Notes under the pieces: generated by a model
Told to the model about the DNA's origin: nothing
Seen by the model: the letters and a program-made list of their open reading frames with translations, nothing else
Databases searched by the model: none
Origin: Microthyrium microscopicum
Lineage: Eukaryota
NCBI GenBank assembly: GCA_010405405.1
Contig: MU004238.1
Coordinates: 631,530 to 695,529, forward strand
DNA length: 64,000 bases
Direction: 5' to 3'
Program-made: the position numbers and the translations under genes
In this document: positions 52,928-64,000 of the stretch, piece after piece
Position numbering within the stretch: position 1 is the stretch's first letter
Layout: the number at the start of each line of letters is the position of its first letter

Positions 52928-54238
52928 ATGGGCTGCCGGCTTCAGGCACTGCCAGTCAGCAACTTGTTAATAATCTTCATCAGCTACTTCGCCCTTATTG
53001 TCTCTTCACAAGACAATGGAGCGCCTTTCAGCTTTGGAGCTAGACTACTGGAGCCATGCAATCCACCAGTAATGACAGCGAATGCGACCGGGAAGCACAG
53101 AATCGGCATTCGAAGAGAAACACTGTCGTTTGATAATCGCCAACTCAATGTGAGCTGGTGGTATCCCGGTACACCAGCCTCGGGATCAAAACCTCATGTC
53201 GCCAGTGGTGGAATTTATGGACAAGCCGTTAGAGATGCGCCGCTAGATCGCTCAAATGGACCTTATCCACTCATAGTTTTCTCCCCAGGAGTTGGCGCGA
53301 GAGACGACTCTTACTACTTCTACTGCCAGAATCTTGCTAGCCACGGATACACCGTTGTGAGCATCAATCATCTGGACTCCACTCAAATGAAGGGTGGAGG
53401 TATTAGTGCTACTGCTATGATGCAGGCCGCCATTTACATGCTTCAAAACAATAGCAGCTACACTGTTTGGTTATTGTTCTCCAATTGGTTCCGTTCAACA
53501 CACTTTGCGCTCACTTACCGGCCTCAAGAAATCGACTTCGTACTCTCGAAGGCAATTGCGGCCAACACAGATCCATCATCTCCATTCTTTGGCGCCATAG
53601 ATACTGAAAATATTGGTCTAACAGGACACTCCTTGGGCGCATTTTACACTCTTCTCAAAGGTGGCGGTTTTGCAATCAATTGCGACTTTCCACTCACCGC
53701 AAAAGAGAGCGATGTTAACAACACTGTGCTCACTGAGGTTAATATCTGCGCATGGCCGGAAGCCAAGAGGTTGAACAATCCTAAGGCCCTTCACAATTCT
53801 CGAATCAAGGCGATTGTTCCCCTCGCCGCTCCTGTCTTCATAAAACCGTCAGAGGTACCTCGGGGTGCGTCTTCTATTGAGACGCCAATGTTGATCATGA
53901 CAGGTAACGACCCGAAGTTTGAGTCCACCATCGAACCACAACAGCAGATCTTTGATGCCGCGAAGGGTCCCAAATATATGGTACAAATAAGAGAAACGGA
54001 CCACATGATGATATCAGAGGCATATCATTTCAACAAGAATTTCTCCGCTGGTCTACCATCGTTTCTTGCCACCAACCAGCCTACCGCCAACACTCAGAAT
54101 TTCACGGAAAAGGCCCAAATATATATGGAGTATTCTGCAGCGTTTTTCGATGTGTATTTGAAGAAGAATGTTTCTAGTAAGGAGAAGCTGCGCACAAAAT
54201 CTTCTGATTTCGTAGCCAAACAACAATACTTTGGATAG
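52928..54238 (+). CDS. Secreted alpha/beta hydrolase (PAF-acetylhydrolase / predicted dienelactone hydrolase-like); intronless
   Basis: N-terminal hydrophobic segment, YPLIVFSPG, LASHGYTVVSINH, GHSLG, TGNDP, ETDHM. Confidence 0.85.
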   Translation: MGCRLQALPVSNLLIIFISYFALIVSSQDNGAPFSFGARLLEPCNPPVMTANATGKHRIGIRRETLSFDNRQLNVSWWYPGTPASGSKPHVASGGIYGQAVRDAPLDRSNGPYPLIVFSPGVGARDDSYYFYCQNLASHGYTVVSINHLDSTQMKGGGISATAMMQAAIYMLQNNSSYTVWLLFSNWFRSTHFALTYRPQEIDFVLSKAIAANTDPSSPFFGAIDTENIGLTGHSLGAFYTLLKGGGFAINCDFPLTAKESDVNNTVLTEVNICAWPEAKRLNNPKALHNSRIKAIVPLAAPVFIKPSEVPRGASSIETPMLIMTGNDPKFESTIEPQQQIFDAAKGPKYMVQIRETDHMMISEAYHFNKNFSAGLPSFLATNQPTANTQNFTEKAQIYMEYSAAFFDVYLKKNVSSKEKLRTKSSDFVAKQQYFG

Positions 54239-55240
54239 TAATTTCCCAATTCTTGGCCACAGGGAAACCACTACCAGTCTCATGGTCGTGGTATAGTGAC
54301 ATGGTTACCGAATACTTGTGTAGATCGCAGGTTTTTAGCATAGTTCTGGCGTCCTTCTTCGTCCGGGATCAGAGTTCATGGATACTAATTGGACCCGTTT
54401 TGAAATCCGGGCTAGCCGATTTCTAAGAATAATATGAACCGATAATCGTGTTGGATATTACAATCAATGTAGATATTCTCTAGCCCTACCCCTGGAAGGC
54501 TGAGTCTCTAAAAAGGAACCGGCATGCATAGAATTTCCCAACTTGGTTATTAGTAGAATCAACTCGAGGCGCTTGTGCATACACTAACCGTAAATTGTGG
54601 CAAATATAACAAGAACTGGTCAGTAGTTGTTCGTTTCTGTGCTTATTGGACCATTGGCTGAACGCCATGAACAATTCGAACTGGAAGCCCAGGTATCAAG
54701 TGAGACAGCATTGTACATGGCATTTCAAAGTGTCAGATCGTCGACATGCTGTGTGGTAACACCAATGTTCGCATTCTAGGCAATCAAGACCACTTTCTGG
54801 AGCTTCTTCATCATTTAATGAAGTTCTGGCCCCATAATTGAGGACAGACACGAGGAATCAATCAAGATGCTAGGATGAGCAGATCCGGTTTTGTATCAAC
54901 TGATATAGACCTAGGTTGAATATGCAATAGTTCTTCATGTTATAGTTTAGCTTTCCATGTCTGTTCTCAGGTTCCTGGCTGTTTATATAAATATCTGTGA
55001 GCCAGACCGACTACCTAGTCGTTTCAATATTACCAGACCACCAAAGGTTTGATTTTAATAACTGACAAGGCTAGATTTTGCAGTTCTCGCCCGGCCTAAG
55101 AAGATTTCATACTTTACCAACTATATGTAGGTAGCTAGAGCTACCAAAACATATACAAATCTTTCCGCTTCCAATTCCAATCAAGCACACAGTGTCATTC
55201 ATTTGCCTTCCGGTTGCCAATAATAAGATCAAACGACAAG

Positions 55241-56141
55241 ATGCAACTTACAACCTTATTGGTTCTTGGTCTAGCCTCCAATATTGTGGCTCGGCCCTCT
55301 GGTAATGAATAGTTCATATATGGTTCGCAGAAACTGCTAATCTGATTCAGGCATATCTAGAGAGGCTTCAGAAAAGGTTCGACGTCAATTGCCTGATCTT
55401 TCGTCACTTTTTGGAGCAAAGGGAAAGTCGGACGCGCCAGGAGCCGGTGGTGTTCCGGATCTCGCGACTGTTTTAGGGGAAGCAGGAATTCTCCCTGACC
55501 TCGCTGCCCTCATGGGTGGAAAGGGAAAGACAGGTGACACTCCGGCCACCGGTGGCATGCCTGACTTGTCGTCGATTCTGGGAGGAGCGGGAGGTCTACC
55601 AGCAGCACCAGCTGGCTTCCCCGATCTCTCAGCTATCTTTGGAAAAGGCAAGGAGGGAGGAGCAGCAGCACCGGCAGGATTCCCTGATTTATCAGCTATC
55701 TTTGGGAAAGGCAAGGATGGAGGAGCAGCCGCACCAGCCGGCTTCCCTGATCTTTCAGCCATCTTCGGGAAAGGAAAGGAAGGAAGCGCGGGGGGAGCGC
55801 CAGCAGGCCTCCCAGATCTTGCGTCTATACTTGGGGGCAAAGGCGCTGCTCCAGCAGCAGGAGGAGAGACACCAGCGGTAGAACCCGCACCCGCTGCTGA
55901 TCCACCAGCGGCAGCAGAACCACCGGCGGCAGCAGAGCCTCCAGCAGCTCCGTCCTCATCTTCAGGTGGCCTGGGAAAGACTAAAGGATCGGGAACAAAG
56001 GGGACCACTAAGAAGGGCTCATCTGGAGGCTCTAAGCAGAAGAAAGGCAGTAACAGCAGTGGCAGCTCGAAACCAAAGAAGGGCAAGAATTCACCAACAG
56101 TTCTAGTTGGTGTCGAAGAAGAAGAACAGACTTTGCAGTAA
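55241..56141 (+). CDS. Secreted Gly/Ala/Pro-rich protein with eight PDLxx(I/L/V)(F/L/M)G repeats; 2 exons
   Basis: MQLTTLLVLGLASNIVARPS signal peptide, intron, GISREASEKVRR|QLPDLSSLFG..., Lys/Ser/Gly-rich tail. Confidence 0.85.
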
Positions 56142-56345
56142 TTGTTGTTACAATCCTATCCTTATGAGAGTAATGCTTGAGTCGTTTTGTGTTTCCAGCT
56201 CCCAACCCCGCGTGGGTGTTTGTATGTTATTGTAGTAAAGTAGTGCTAGATATCGGAAAAAATGCAGATAGCTTGAGTCAGCGAGAGAAGCGTAGATGTG
56301 GGCAAGTTTTAAAACCTTCCCACAGGACAAAGCGCGCTCTCGAGG

Positions 56346-56565
56346 CACAAAGTAATAAGTGAGCCCGTTTGAAAGGAGTTCCCAGCGATTACGATGGCTG
56401 CCATAGAATTTCTTAGAGGGTGATTGCTTTAACTCCCATCAGCATCCCAAGACTTAGATCCGATTATTGAATACGATGGTAATTAGAGCAGTTACTCTTT
56501 AAGGAGTGTTATAGCGGCCATCGTAATCGATGGGATAGTTGTCGAAACGGCTCACTTATTTTGTC
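56346..56565. repeat. Long imperfect inverted repeat (about 90-bp arms, about 34-nt loop)
   Basis: 56354-56440 pairs with 56475-56560; 46 of the inner 60 positions are Watson-Crick. Confidence 0.9.
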
Positions 56566-56693
56566 TCCTTAGAGGCGTGCCGGCTGCATCACTGCTTTAA
56601 TACAACAGAAGATGACTCTTAATGCGGCTTTGGTTCATTTCATGTTATCAGAATATATTATTCAATCTATCCTATGACTGCGGACTCAAAAGA

Positions 56694-57695
56694 CTATAAT
56701 ATCCGAGAGTCAATCTTCCAGTGATTACGAGTCTCTAGATATAGATCCCATGCTTTGGATGCAATGTTCTTTGGGTTACGAGTTGGATGCTCCGGGCTGA
56801 CAACACCACATGGCGAAAGCAATGCGACATGTATTCCATCTTTCTGTCCCAACTGCGCCAATGATCGAACCATATTATGCTGTGCCGCCTTCGTGAGAGA
56901 CAATGCGAAGATCTCGGCCGCTGGCTCATTCCATAAGTGACTGTTTGTGACAATGATGGAAGGATGTGTTTCTGGGTCTTTTGCGGCCAGATATTTAAGA
57001 GGAGCCCATGCCCAGCCTGCTACAGCATAAAGCGCCATGATTGTAATCTAGGAAGATATGGTGAGAACTAGTTTTTGGGGGATGATGGGAGTTTTCGTAC
57101 CTCAAAGTCAACTCTGATTTCGCTTTCGGGATGGCCAAAAAACTCGCTTGGAATAACTCGAGCCGCGTTGAAGAACACAATTTCAATCTGACCGAATTGT
57201 TGCACTTCTCCAAGTATTTGTTTCAACTTGGTTGTGTCTGAGACGTCAACGGACCATGTCTTGACTTCGACCCTTCGATTGGTAACCTTTCCAGCTTCCT
57301 CAACGGCTTCTTTATCCTGGAGCAGGCGATTTGTGTTCCTGGCTAATAGAGCAACCTTGTTGAATCTGTGCTCAGCGAAAAGCCCAGCGGTATGATTTCC
57401 TATGCCGGGGCCGGAACTGAGAAACGTTAGTACAAAGTTGTATTTGATATGATCATTGGTAATGGCATGATCTGTCGGATCTACTCTAGTAGCCATCTCA
57501 CTTGCTAAGTCCAATTTGATACAATCATAATCCAGTAAGTATGCTCTAAAAACGAAAACAAAGCTGTCTTGAGCAAAGAGTGCCTTCGGTGTTGCCTTGT
57601 GAACTAAGAGATGTGCATAGACAGTGACATAATTCAATAGCCAAACAGGGAGCTTACCCGATAACCACCAGAACGTTATCACTATAACCAAGCAT
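56694..57695 (-). CDS. Atypical short-chain dehydrogenase/reductase; 3 exons
   Basis: MLGYSDNVLVVIG | 241-nt intron | SGPGIG, VALLARN, FFNAA, LSLTKAAQ. Confidence 0.8.
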
Positions 57696-58722
57696 TCTGA
57701 ATAGCCAATGATTTGATTGTTCTGATTGAAAAGGTGTAATGTAGGCAGAAGATATGTGGTAGCGAAACTAAATAAACTTTGAGAGGATATGAAGACGCAC
57801 CAGCTTGTACTTATATCAAAGTAAATGAGTATGAACTTACTCATTGGATCAAAGTCGTATAGTGCAGCACAACTATGTGCCTGTCAGCACAGTTGATGTT
57901 GTGGAACCATTAGGTGAGCATCTTGCGGTTCTGGTTGATTTCTAACAAATCCTCTATGATACCAGCTTACAAGGGCTCCCGCTTAGGGTGCTAGAGCTTC
58001 CATGAATGATGCATACGGCTGAGAGCATCGCAAGAAGATTGTCACCCTGCTTGTGCGATATTGGCCTTCAAAATTTAATTGCTTGCAAACCTCTTCAATT
58101 TTGTCAAGATTACCAACGCCGAAGCAGAATTTAGATAAGTCGAGGTTCTTATGCTACTAATCATGACTACACGCCACTGTAGAGAAGGTAAGGCTTCTCC
58201 GCGGATGGGATGGGCATAATTACAAGGTTCGGTGGAGACGGTCACACAGGAGCCAAGAGAAGCATCACGATGATGACACATCCACAAACTAAATGGCGAA
58301 TTATTGTCCAGAAACACTAGAACGATTCCAAATCTTTGGAATTGAGGTTTTGTAATTGAGCAAAGAGTATTCAATACAGCAGACAGAATTTCAGCTTTCA
58401 GATGCAATACAATATCTTAAGGTAACACAAGATAGATTGGCTTCACCAAATAATGTAAGCCGAGTCGGCGGAACAAATGTGAATTGATCTAATCGCCGTG
58501 AACGAGACAACTCGGCGACCAATTTCGAGTTGGCTTACCGTCAAACACTTCTCACGTACGCTGAGTGAGATTTGCGAGCAGGATGCACCGCCGAGCTTAC
58601 CGGTATATACTCCGCTTTTTATGACATCCTGGAGACATGATGTCTCTCTCTACATCTCGACGGTCTCGCGCTTAACACTTTATTCACCATTATATTCGGA
58701 AAAGACTTTGCAGTCACCTACC

Positions 58723-60142
58723 ATGACGAGGACGATTCTCAATGAGTGGTTTCCAAACACTACATACCCGTTCATTTCCAATGCTCCTATGCAAGGAACA
58801 GCTACATCCAAGCTAGGCAGCGCCGTTTCTAAAGCTGGCCGCTTTGTTATGTACCCATCATTTCATGAGTGTCGTCATGAATCTAACAATGCTCAGGCTT
58901 CATTGGTGGTGCGTATAACTTCTTACCGGAGTCGCCGGAGATTCCAGCATTTGACGCGGAGCTTACGGCTGTACGAAATCTGTTGCAACTAAGAGAAGAT
59001 GATGTGCTGCCTCTTGGAGTGGGATTTCTTACGCTCCATCCCAGTGTCAGTGGCTTCCTGGATGTTGTCGGTCCAGTGGTCAAAAGACAGAAGCCAGCCG
59101 CTGTTTGGCTATTTGCACCAGACGGACCACTGGCTCACGAGCGCATCATTCCGGGTCTAAAGGAGCTTGGTAGTGCTTGGAAACTGCGAGTTTTTGTCCA
59201 AGTGGGCAACGTAGCAGCAGCCAGAGAAGCAGCTAGTCAAGGAGCGGATGCCATAGTTGCTCAAGGGGCGGATGCGGGAGGGCATGCATGGGCTCATGGA
59301 GCTGGAATTGTGACCTTGGTACCAGAAATCAGGCAAATGGTGCAGACGGAATTCTCAGATCGCGAGATAGCGGTCGTGGCGGCTGGGTAAGATTCCAGTT
59401 TGCGCTATCACTGTCACTATTATGACGGACGAGAAATAATCGCAGTAATTTTGAGCTGACGCATCATAGCGGTATCGTAGATGGTAGAGGAATCGCAGCG
59501 GCTCTGGCCCTTGGTAAGCTTTAATCACTATTTGAAAGGGCATTTCTGTTGTACTGACATGCTCCATAGGTGCGGACGGAGTAACCATGGGAACCAGAGT
59601 ATGTTACGTGCTGAAAAAATCATCAGCGGAAGATGGCTAAACTCAGACTGCAACAGTTCATTGTGGCGGATGAAGCAATGACCCCCGACGACATGAAAGA
59701 TACAGTAATCAAGACCAAGGACGGCGCCAGTTCAACAATCAAGTAAGCCGTGTTGATCGAGGGGCCGAGTAATAGCTAATTAGATTGTAAAATTAGACAT
59801 ACCATTCATGATGATATACAAGGAACGGGTTTCTGGCCGAAAGCCTATGACGGCCGCGCTATTATGGGAAAAGCATACGAAGAATATGTTGCTGGGACGC
59901 CTTTGGATGAATTGAAGGCGCGACACCAGACGCTTTTGAGTGCCAAAGACAATTCAAGGCGAATTGTATGGGCGTAAGTTTCCTCTTCGTTTGAAAATGT
60001 GGAAGGGTATTGCTGACTATCCTTCAGTGGCAGCGCTGTAGGTCTCGTTAATTCAAGGAAACCAGCAGGAGAGATTATTGTGTCCGCAGGAAACGAGGCC
60101 CGTCAGATCATTGAAGGTCTATCGAAAGGCTTGAAACTTTGA
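58723..60142 (+). CDS. Nitronate monooxygenase / 2-nitropropane dioxygenase family flavoprotein; 7 exons; first donor non-canonical
   Basis: ISNAPM, VQVG, AQGADAGGH, VAAGGIVDGRGIAAALALGADGVTMGTRF, YDGRA. Confidence 0.85.
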
Positions 60143-60457
60143 ATTCTGATAATGGGCCTCTGAAAGGGAACTGGTATTCGTGTGCCTAATTTGTACTTCA
60201 TTCTGTACCCATCAAACTCCTAAAGTTTCTAAAAACACCCGAGCGCCAAACTCGGTATACTGCCAACTGATAGACAAAATAAATGGCGTGCCCCCATTAA
60301 CATCGATGGCTCCCACATAACGCGCTCTGATATTGAGTGCTTTATTCACCATATAGAGCGTTTAGGCTTAGTCACTTTATCGAATGCGATAGAAAATATA
60401 ACACTTCTTGATTAGAAGCGTTGGTGGGAGCCAACGGAGTTGATGGGAGAACGCCAG

Positions 60458-61243
60458 TTATTTTGTCATGCGGTTGTACTGCAAGACGATATCCTGAAAG
60501 GATGGCTGATCCTTGAGTTGGTCGATGTTCTTCGCGCAAGTATCAATCATGACCTTAATGACCTTATCGGCAGGACCTGGGTTCGAAAGATCCAAAAAGG
60601 CCTTCAGTCGCTCAAGCATAGGCGCGATGACACATGCGAGGGAAATCTCTCGTTCGATTGTAGCGAAGGCTGTCGCAGTCCTATCCTCGAAACTCAATTT
60701 TGCCTCGATCGAAGTCCGAAGCGCAAGGAAAGCCTGGTCGGCCAGATCCTTGACACCGAAGAAATCACCCACACGACACAGATGATAGTAGCCAGCCGCA
60801 TCGGTGAACTGGGGTGAGGGAAGTCGCTCTATCATAGAGTATTAGGTAGGATACAGTCTACTATGGACAGGAACGTACTCGTATAGATGAAGGCTAGAAG
60901 CTTGTCGATCATCTCTGGGTTTTCGTCTTTGATATTGATGAGCTTGTTTTTTGCTTCCTGGATCACTCATCAGACTGTTTCAAACTAGAAAGGAACTTGA
61001 AACTCACTTTGAATTTGGCAGTACAGACGGCTCTGAAGTAATCAGACCGTGCCGATATGATAACACGGTGAACATTCCATACGCGGCCTTCACACACGAT
61101 TTTAAAATCGGCGAAGTCTCTTGATTCAAGATAGCTGAGGTGGATCGATTAGCATTGTACCTTTATAGTCCAACCTCCCGTTCCCTTGCTTGCCTGTCGA
61201 ATTCTCCAGGCGTCATGATGCTAGAAACCCACTCGTTTTCCAT
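60458..61243 (-). CDS. BTB/POZ domain protein; 4 exons; first intron GC-AG
   Basis: Spliced: YLESRDFADFKIVCEGRVWNVHRVIISARSDYFRAVCTAKFKEAKNKLINIKDENPEMIDKLLAFIYT. Confidence 0.85.
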
Positions 61244-61791
61244 TTGCTTTCGAAATTTGGTGTTGCTGTAATGAGGCTGAATGCTCCGCAGGATAATAAG
61301 CTCTTGGCTGATTGGGGCCAATAACTTTAGATGGAAGCGCACCAAAAAGGGCAGGTCCAAAGGGGGCTTGGTCTGTCCTGTTATCAACGGTTTGTTATGG
61401 CGGTTTTTGCTTGACGTTCGAGCTGAGTGGCCGCCTGTTGTCCATGGCTCCTTCTACAATCATGTAAAAGGGGTCAATTCGAAGGGGGAAAGTTTGCCAT
61501 AGCAACGGCAACCACGCAACATGACAATCAAGTCGCTCCTTCCTCTCTTCGTCTGATGAACCCCTTTCACCTTCCTGCTTGTGCAACATTAACTTGGCCA
61601 ACCTCACAGGCCGAAAGCACGAGAAGTTGGATAAGCTGAGCTGTATGCTGCTCGATGTGATTCCCGAAAAATTCAGCCCGATGACAATCGCCCAAAGTCT
61701 TCAGGAAGAATAACATATTTGGAGTGTTTCCCAGTCCAACATCCATGTGTCATCTACCGCTCAAAATACAACATCAACTCTCTTCTCCGGA

Positions 61792-62706
61792 TCATCTTGA
61801 AGGCAACTCTGCCGCAGCGCCTTGTGCGGGCAACTCATGGTACACCGGTGCCTCCATTTCTCCCATATGATGAGCCGGCATCTCTACTTTGGTATTTCCG
61901 GTAAGCTCGGAGTACTTCCTCCTTGTATCAAGTTCCTGGCCACCGAGTTCTGCTGCGTGCGGTGTTTGATTTGTGTGTGATCGACGCTTTCTGTATATTA
62001 AGAAACCGACGATGGCTATGAGCAGCGGTATTCCGATACCGACCCCTACGCCAATGCCGGCTTTGGCGCCTGTTGTTAGGCCACCTGTACCTGAACTGCT
62101 GCCAGTAGGTGATGCGGTACCAGGTCCTGCAGTAGAAGCCGATGATGCTCCTGTTGAGGCTGAAGTTGTACGCTTAGTGGTAGTTGATGTAGATGTGATG
62201 CTGTAGAGCGCCGGCATACTCTTCGATGCGGTAAGGAAGCTGGCCACCGCAGAGCTGCCAGCCCAACCAACAGTGGTGACATCTGACTGAAGGGGCGTAT
62301 TCCAACGCTCGTCAGATTCAGGTACGGTACATTTCGAATTGGCGGGATTCGTTCCCGTAAGATTATCCCAGTTACAGCATTCCCACTCATTGACAGTATT
62401 GTCGAACCAGATGGTGTTGGCATATTGACCTTTGCAGTGGGTTGAGCAGGACGAGTCTAGAAAGTTTGGGTCGGTGCAAGCAGCAACATAGAAACGATTG
62501 GTCTTTTGTGCGTTGCTGGCTGGACCATAACACAAGTTATCAGACATGCAATACGTGCCTGTTCCGCAGCAGGGCACGTAAGGACGTTGAGGAGTTGGCT
62601 CGGAGCATGGGAGATAGCTGGTGAGTTGTTCTGGAATCCCATTGCTGAATACATCGTAGCAAGCATAAGCTGCGGTACCATTATATAATGTGTTATTGAT
62701 TGACAT
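61792..62706 (-). CDS. Single-pass cell-surface protein (Cys-rich ectodomain, Ser/Thr stalk, TM helix)
   Basis: CC...C...C...CTD...C...C ectodomain, GAKAGIGVGVGIGIPLLIAIVGFLIYRKRR, ELP/EMP repeats in the cytoplasmic tail. Confidence 0.85.
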   Translation of the reverse strand: MSINNTLYNGTAAYACYDVFSNGIPEQLTSYLPCSEPTPQRPYVPCCGTGTYCMSDNLCYGPASNAQKTNRFYVAACTDPNFLDSSCSTHCKGQYANTIWFDNTVNEWECCNWDNLTGTNPANSKCTVPESDERWNTPLQSDVTTVGWAGSSAVASFLTASKSMPALYSITSTSTTTKRTTSASTGASSASTAGPGTASPTGSSSGTGGLTTGAKAGIGVGVGIGIPLLIAIVGFLIYRKRRSHTNQTPHAAELGGQELDTRRKYSELTGNTKVEMPAHHMGEMEAPVYHELPAQGAAAELPSR

Positions 62707-64000
62707 TGTGTGAAGTCATGTATTGGACGGGCCCGCTTGTAGACTGAACAGTCAAATGGCCGCGGCCATCGATCTGATATGAGTAAGATGAGGATAAAAA
62801 GTCGGTAACTCGGTATGTTCAAAGACTTTGAAGAGGCAAAGTGAGATTGCCTGACAGTTACAGGCAGGAGTTTATCTGCATCATCAAGATTCATCTTCGT
62901 CCCGTCTGTTCCATACCGCGTCGCTTCGCCTTAAAACTAGAAATGCCAACTCTGTGGACCCAATGAAGCGGGTGGAAATTGAGACTAAACTTAACGTGCA
63001 TTAAGCTGCATAAGCAGTGCATTAGAATGTAGCAATTGGTCCAATTCCCACGCTTCAAGCCGTTAATTTTGGAAAATGTAGTTGGCGTGAGCGCCACCAA
63101 GCCACCATCTTCCAAGTCCAGGCTCGCAGCTTCAAAGGCTTGAGCCTTTTGCTTTCCGACGTTGAGACTTCAATCTCGGGGTTTTCCTTTTGCGTACCCA
63201 TGAAAAGCAGCTTTTTATCGTTACTGACCTGGAAATCATGTTCTCTTGTCGATTCACAACCTTCCGGCCCTCCGAACGCGTTGAGTCTGCAATTGCCCTT
63301 CAGAAGTTTTGTGATCCTACTTCACAAGCCGCAAGCAGCATCTGCTAAGACCTAGAGAGTAGAGAATCAGTGCAAAGGGGGCTGTGATGCTAGAACATTG
63401 ATGCCTCTTTGCGCAGGGCGAAGTCCTCATGACGGCTTTGATATGGAGGTATCTCGATTAGCTGCAGCAAGCAAATATGTAAGCTACGTACTATTGGATG
63501 CTCCGACTAGCTACTTTGTTACAATATGAGTGCGTGGATCATGGGCGAGTATATTCCTTGCGACAACCTTTGGTGAGCTCTATGGCAAGCATTGTGTTAC
63601 TGACGCTTGCTGCTCGAAGGTACGGCCAGGTACCTAAGTCGTCTCCTTCTTTTATACAGGCAAGGCAGGCTCGAAAACCTAAAGTTGAGGAGAACATTTG
63701 GGCTAGTGAAGTACTGCTCACAGGTAGGTAGGTAGATACCTACCTACTTAAAATAGGCAGTCGTTCAAACGTTCTTAGAGAGCTGATAGGTACTCATTTA
63801 GTACTTAACAAGCGTAGAAGTTGGAGACAGTTCGTAGTCAAGACCTTACTTGCCCCAAACACAGGAGATGTGTACTAACTTATTACCTCTGGAAGACTTG
63901 GAATTTTGCATAGGCTGTAGACTGTCCCAGGTAACAGGTTTACATGCTATTTAGGTCACTTCAAGCCAATCAAGCTTTTCCTCCATAGCTTAATCAAAGC

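Noticed and set aside
55385..56086. Long antisense ORFs here and opposite MEF1, SWC3 and SRO7
   Set aside because: Shadow frames expected from codon bias and repeats in the real genes.
57068..57844. 258-aa ORF as the N-terminus of the SDR
   Set aside because: It reads through a 241-nt intron; the spliced model restores the VVIGSGPGIG Rossmann motif.
63724..63747. GTAGGTAGGT-AGAT-ACCTACCTAC palindrome
   Set aside because: Short GTAG microsatellite-derived palindrome of a type common in ascomycete intergenic DNA.

Overview
This is eukaryotic genomic DNA from a filamentous ascomycete (Pezizomycotina-type short GT-AG introns with CTAAC-like branch points). It holds about 26 protein genes. Conserved housekeeping genes fill most of 2.4-26.4 kb and 37.5-50.4 kb: SQS1, ATG4, divergent H2B/H2A, NDUFB9, KGD2, SWC3, MEF1, a vWA/RfeF-like gene, NDUFA13, TRM10, a syntaxin, LCB1, MOG1 and SRO7/77. 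Two accessory zones interrupt them. The first (26.4-37.3 kb) has decayed ORFs, a secreted low-complexity repeat protein and the most unusual feature of the window: a non-coding ~2.2-kb array of 18 dyads GGAATAAG-N19-CTTATTCC. The array is mostly on an exact 116-bp period; half-sites and their spacing are nearly invariant while loops and linkers drift. The second zone (51-63 kb) is bracketed by two paralogous BTB genes and contains an intronless secreted hydrolase, a secreted repeat protein, an SDR and a nitronate monooxygenase. Two apparently related long hairpins lie just downstream of the two secreted repeat-protein genes. All gene models were spliced by eye and no database searches were run.
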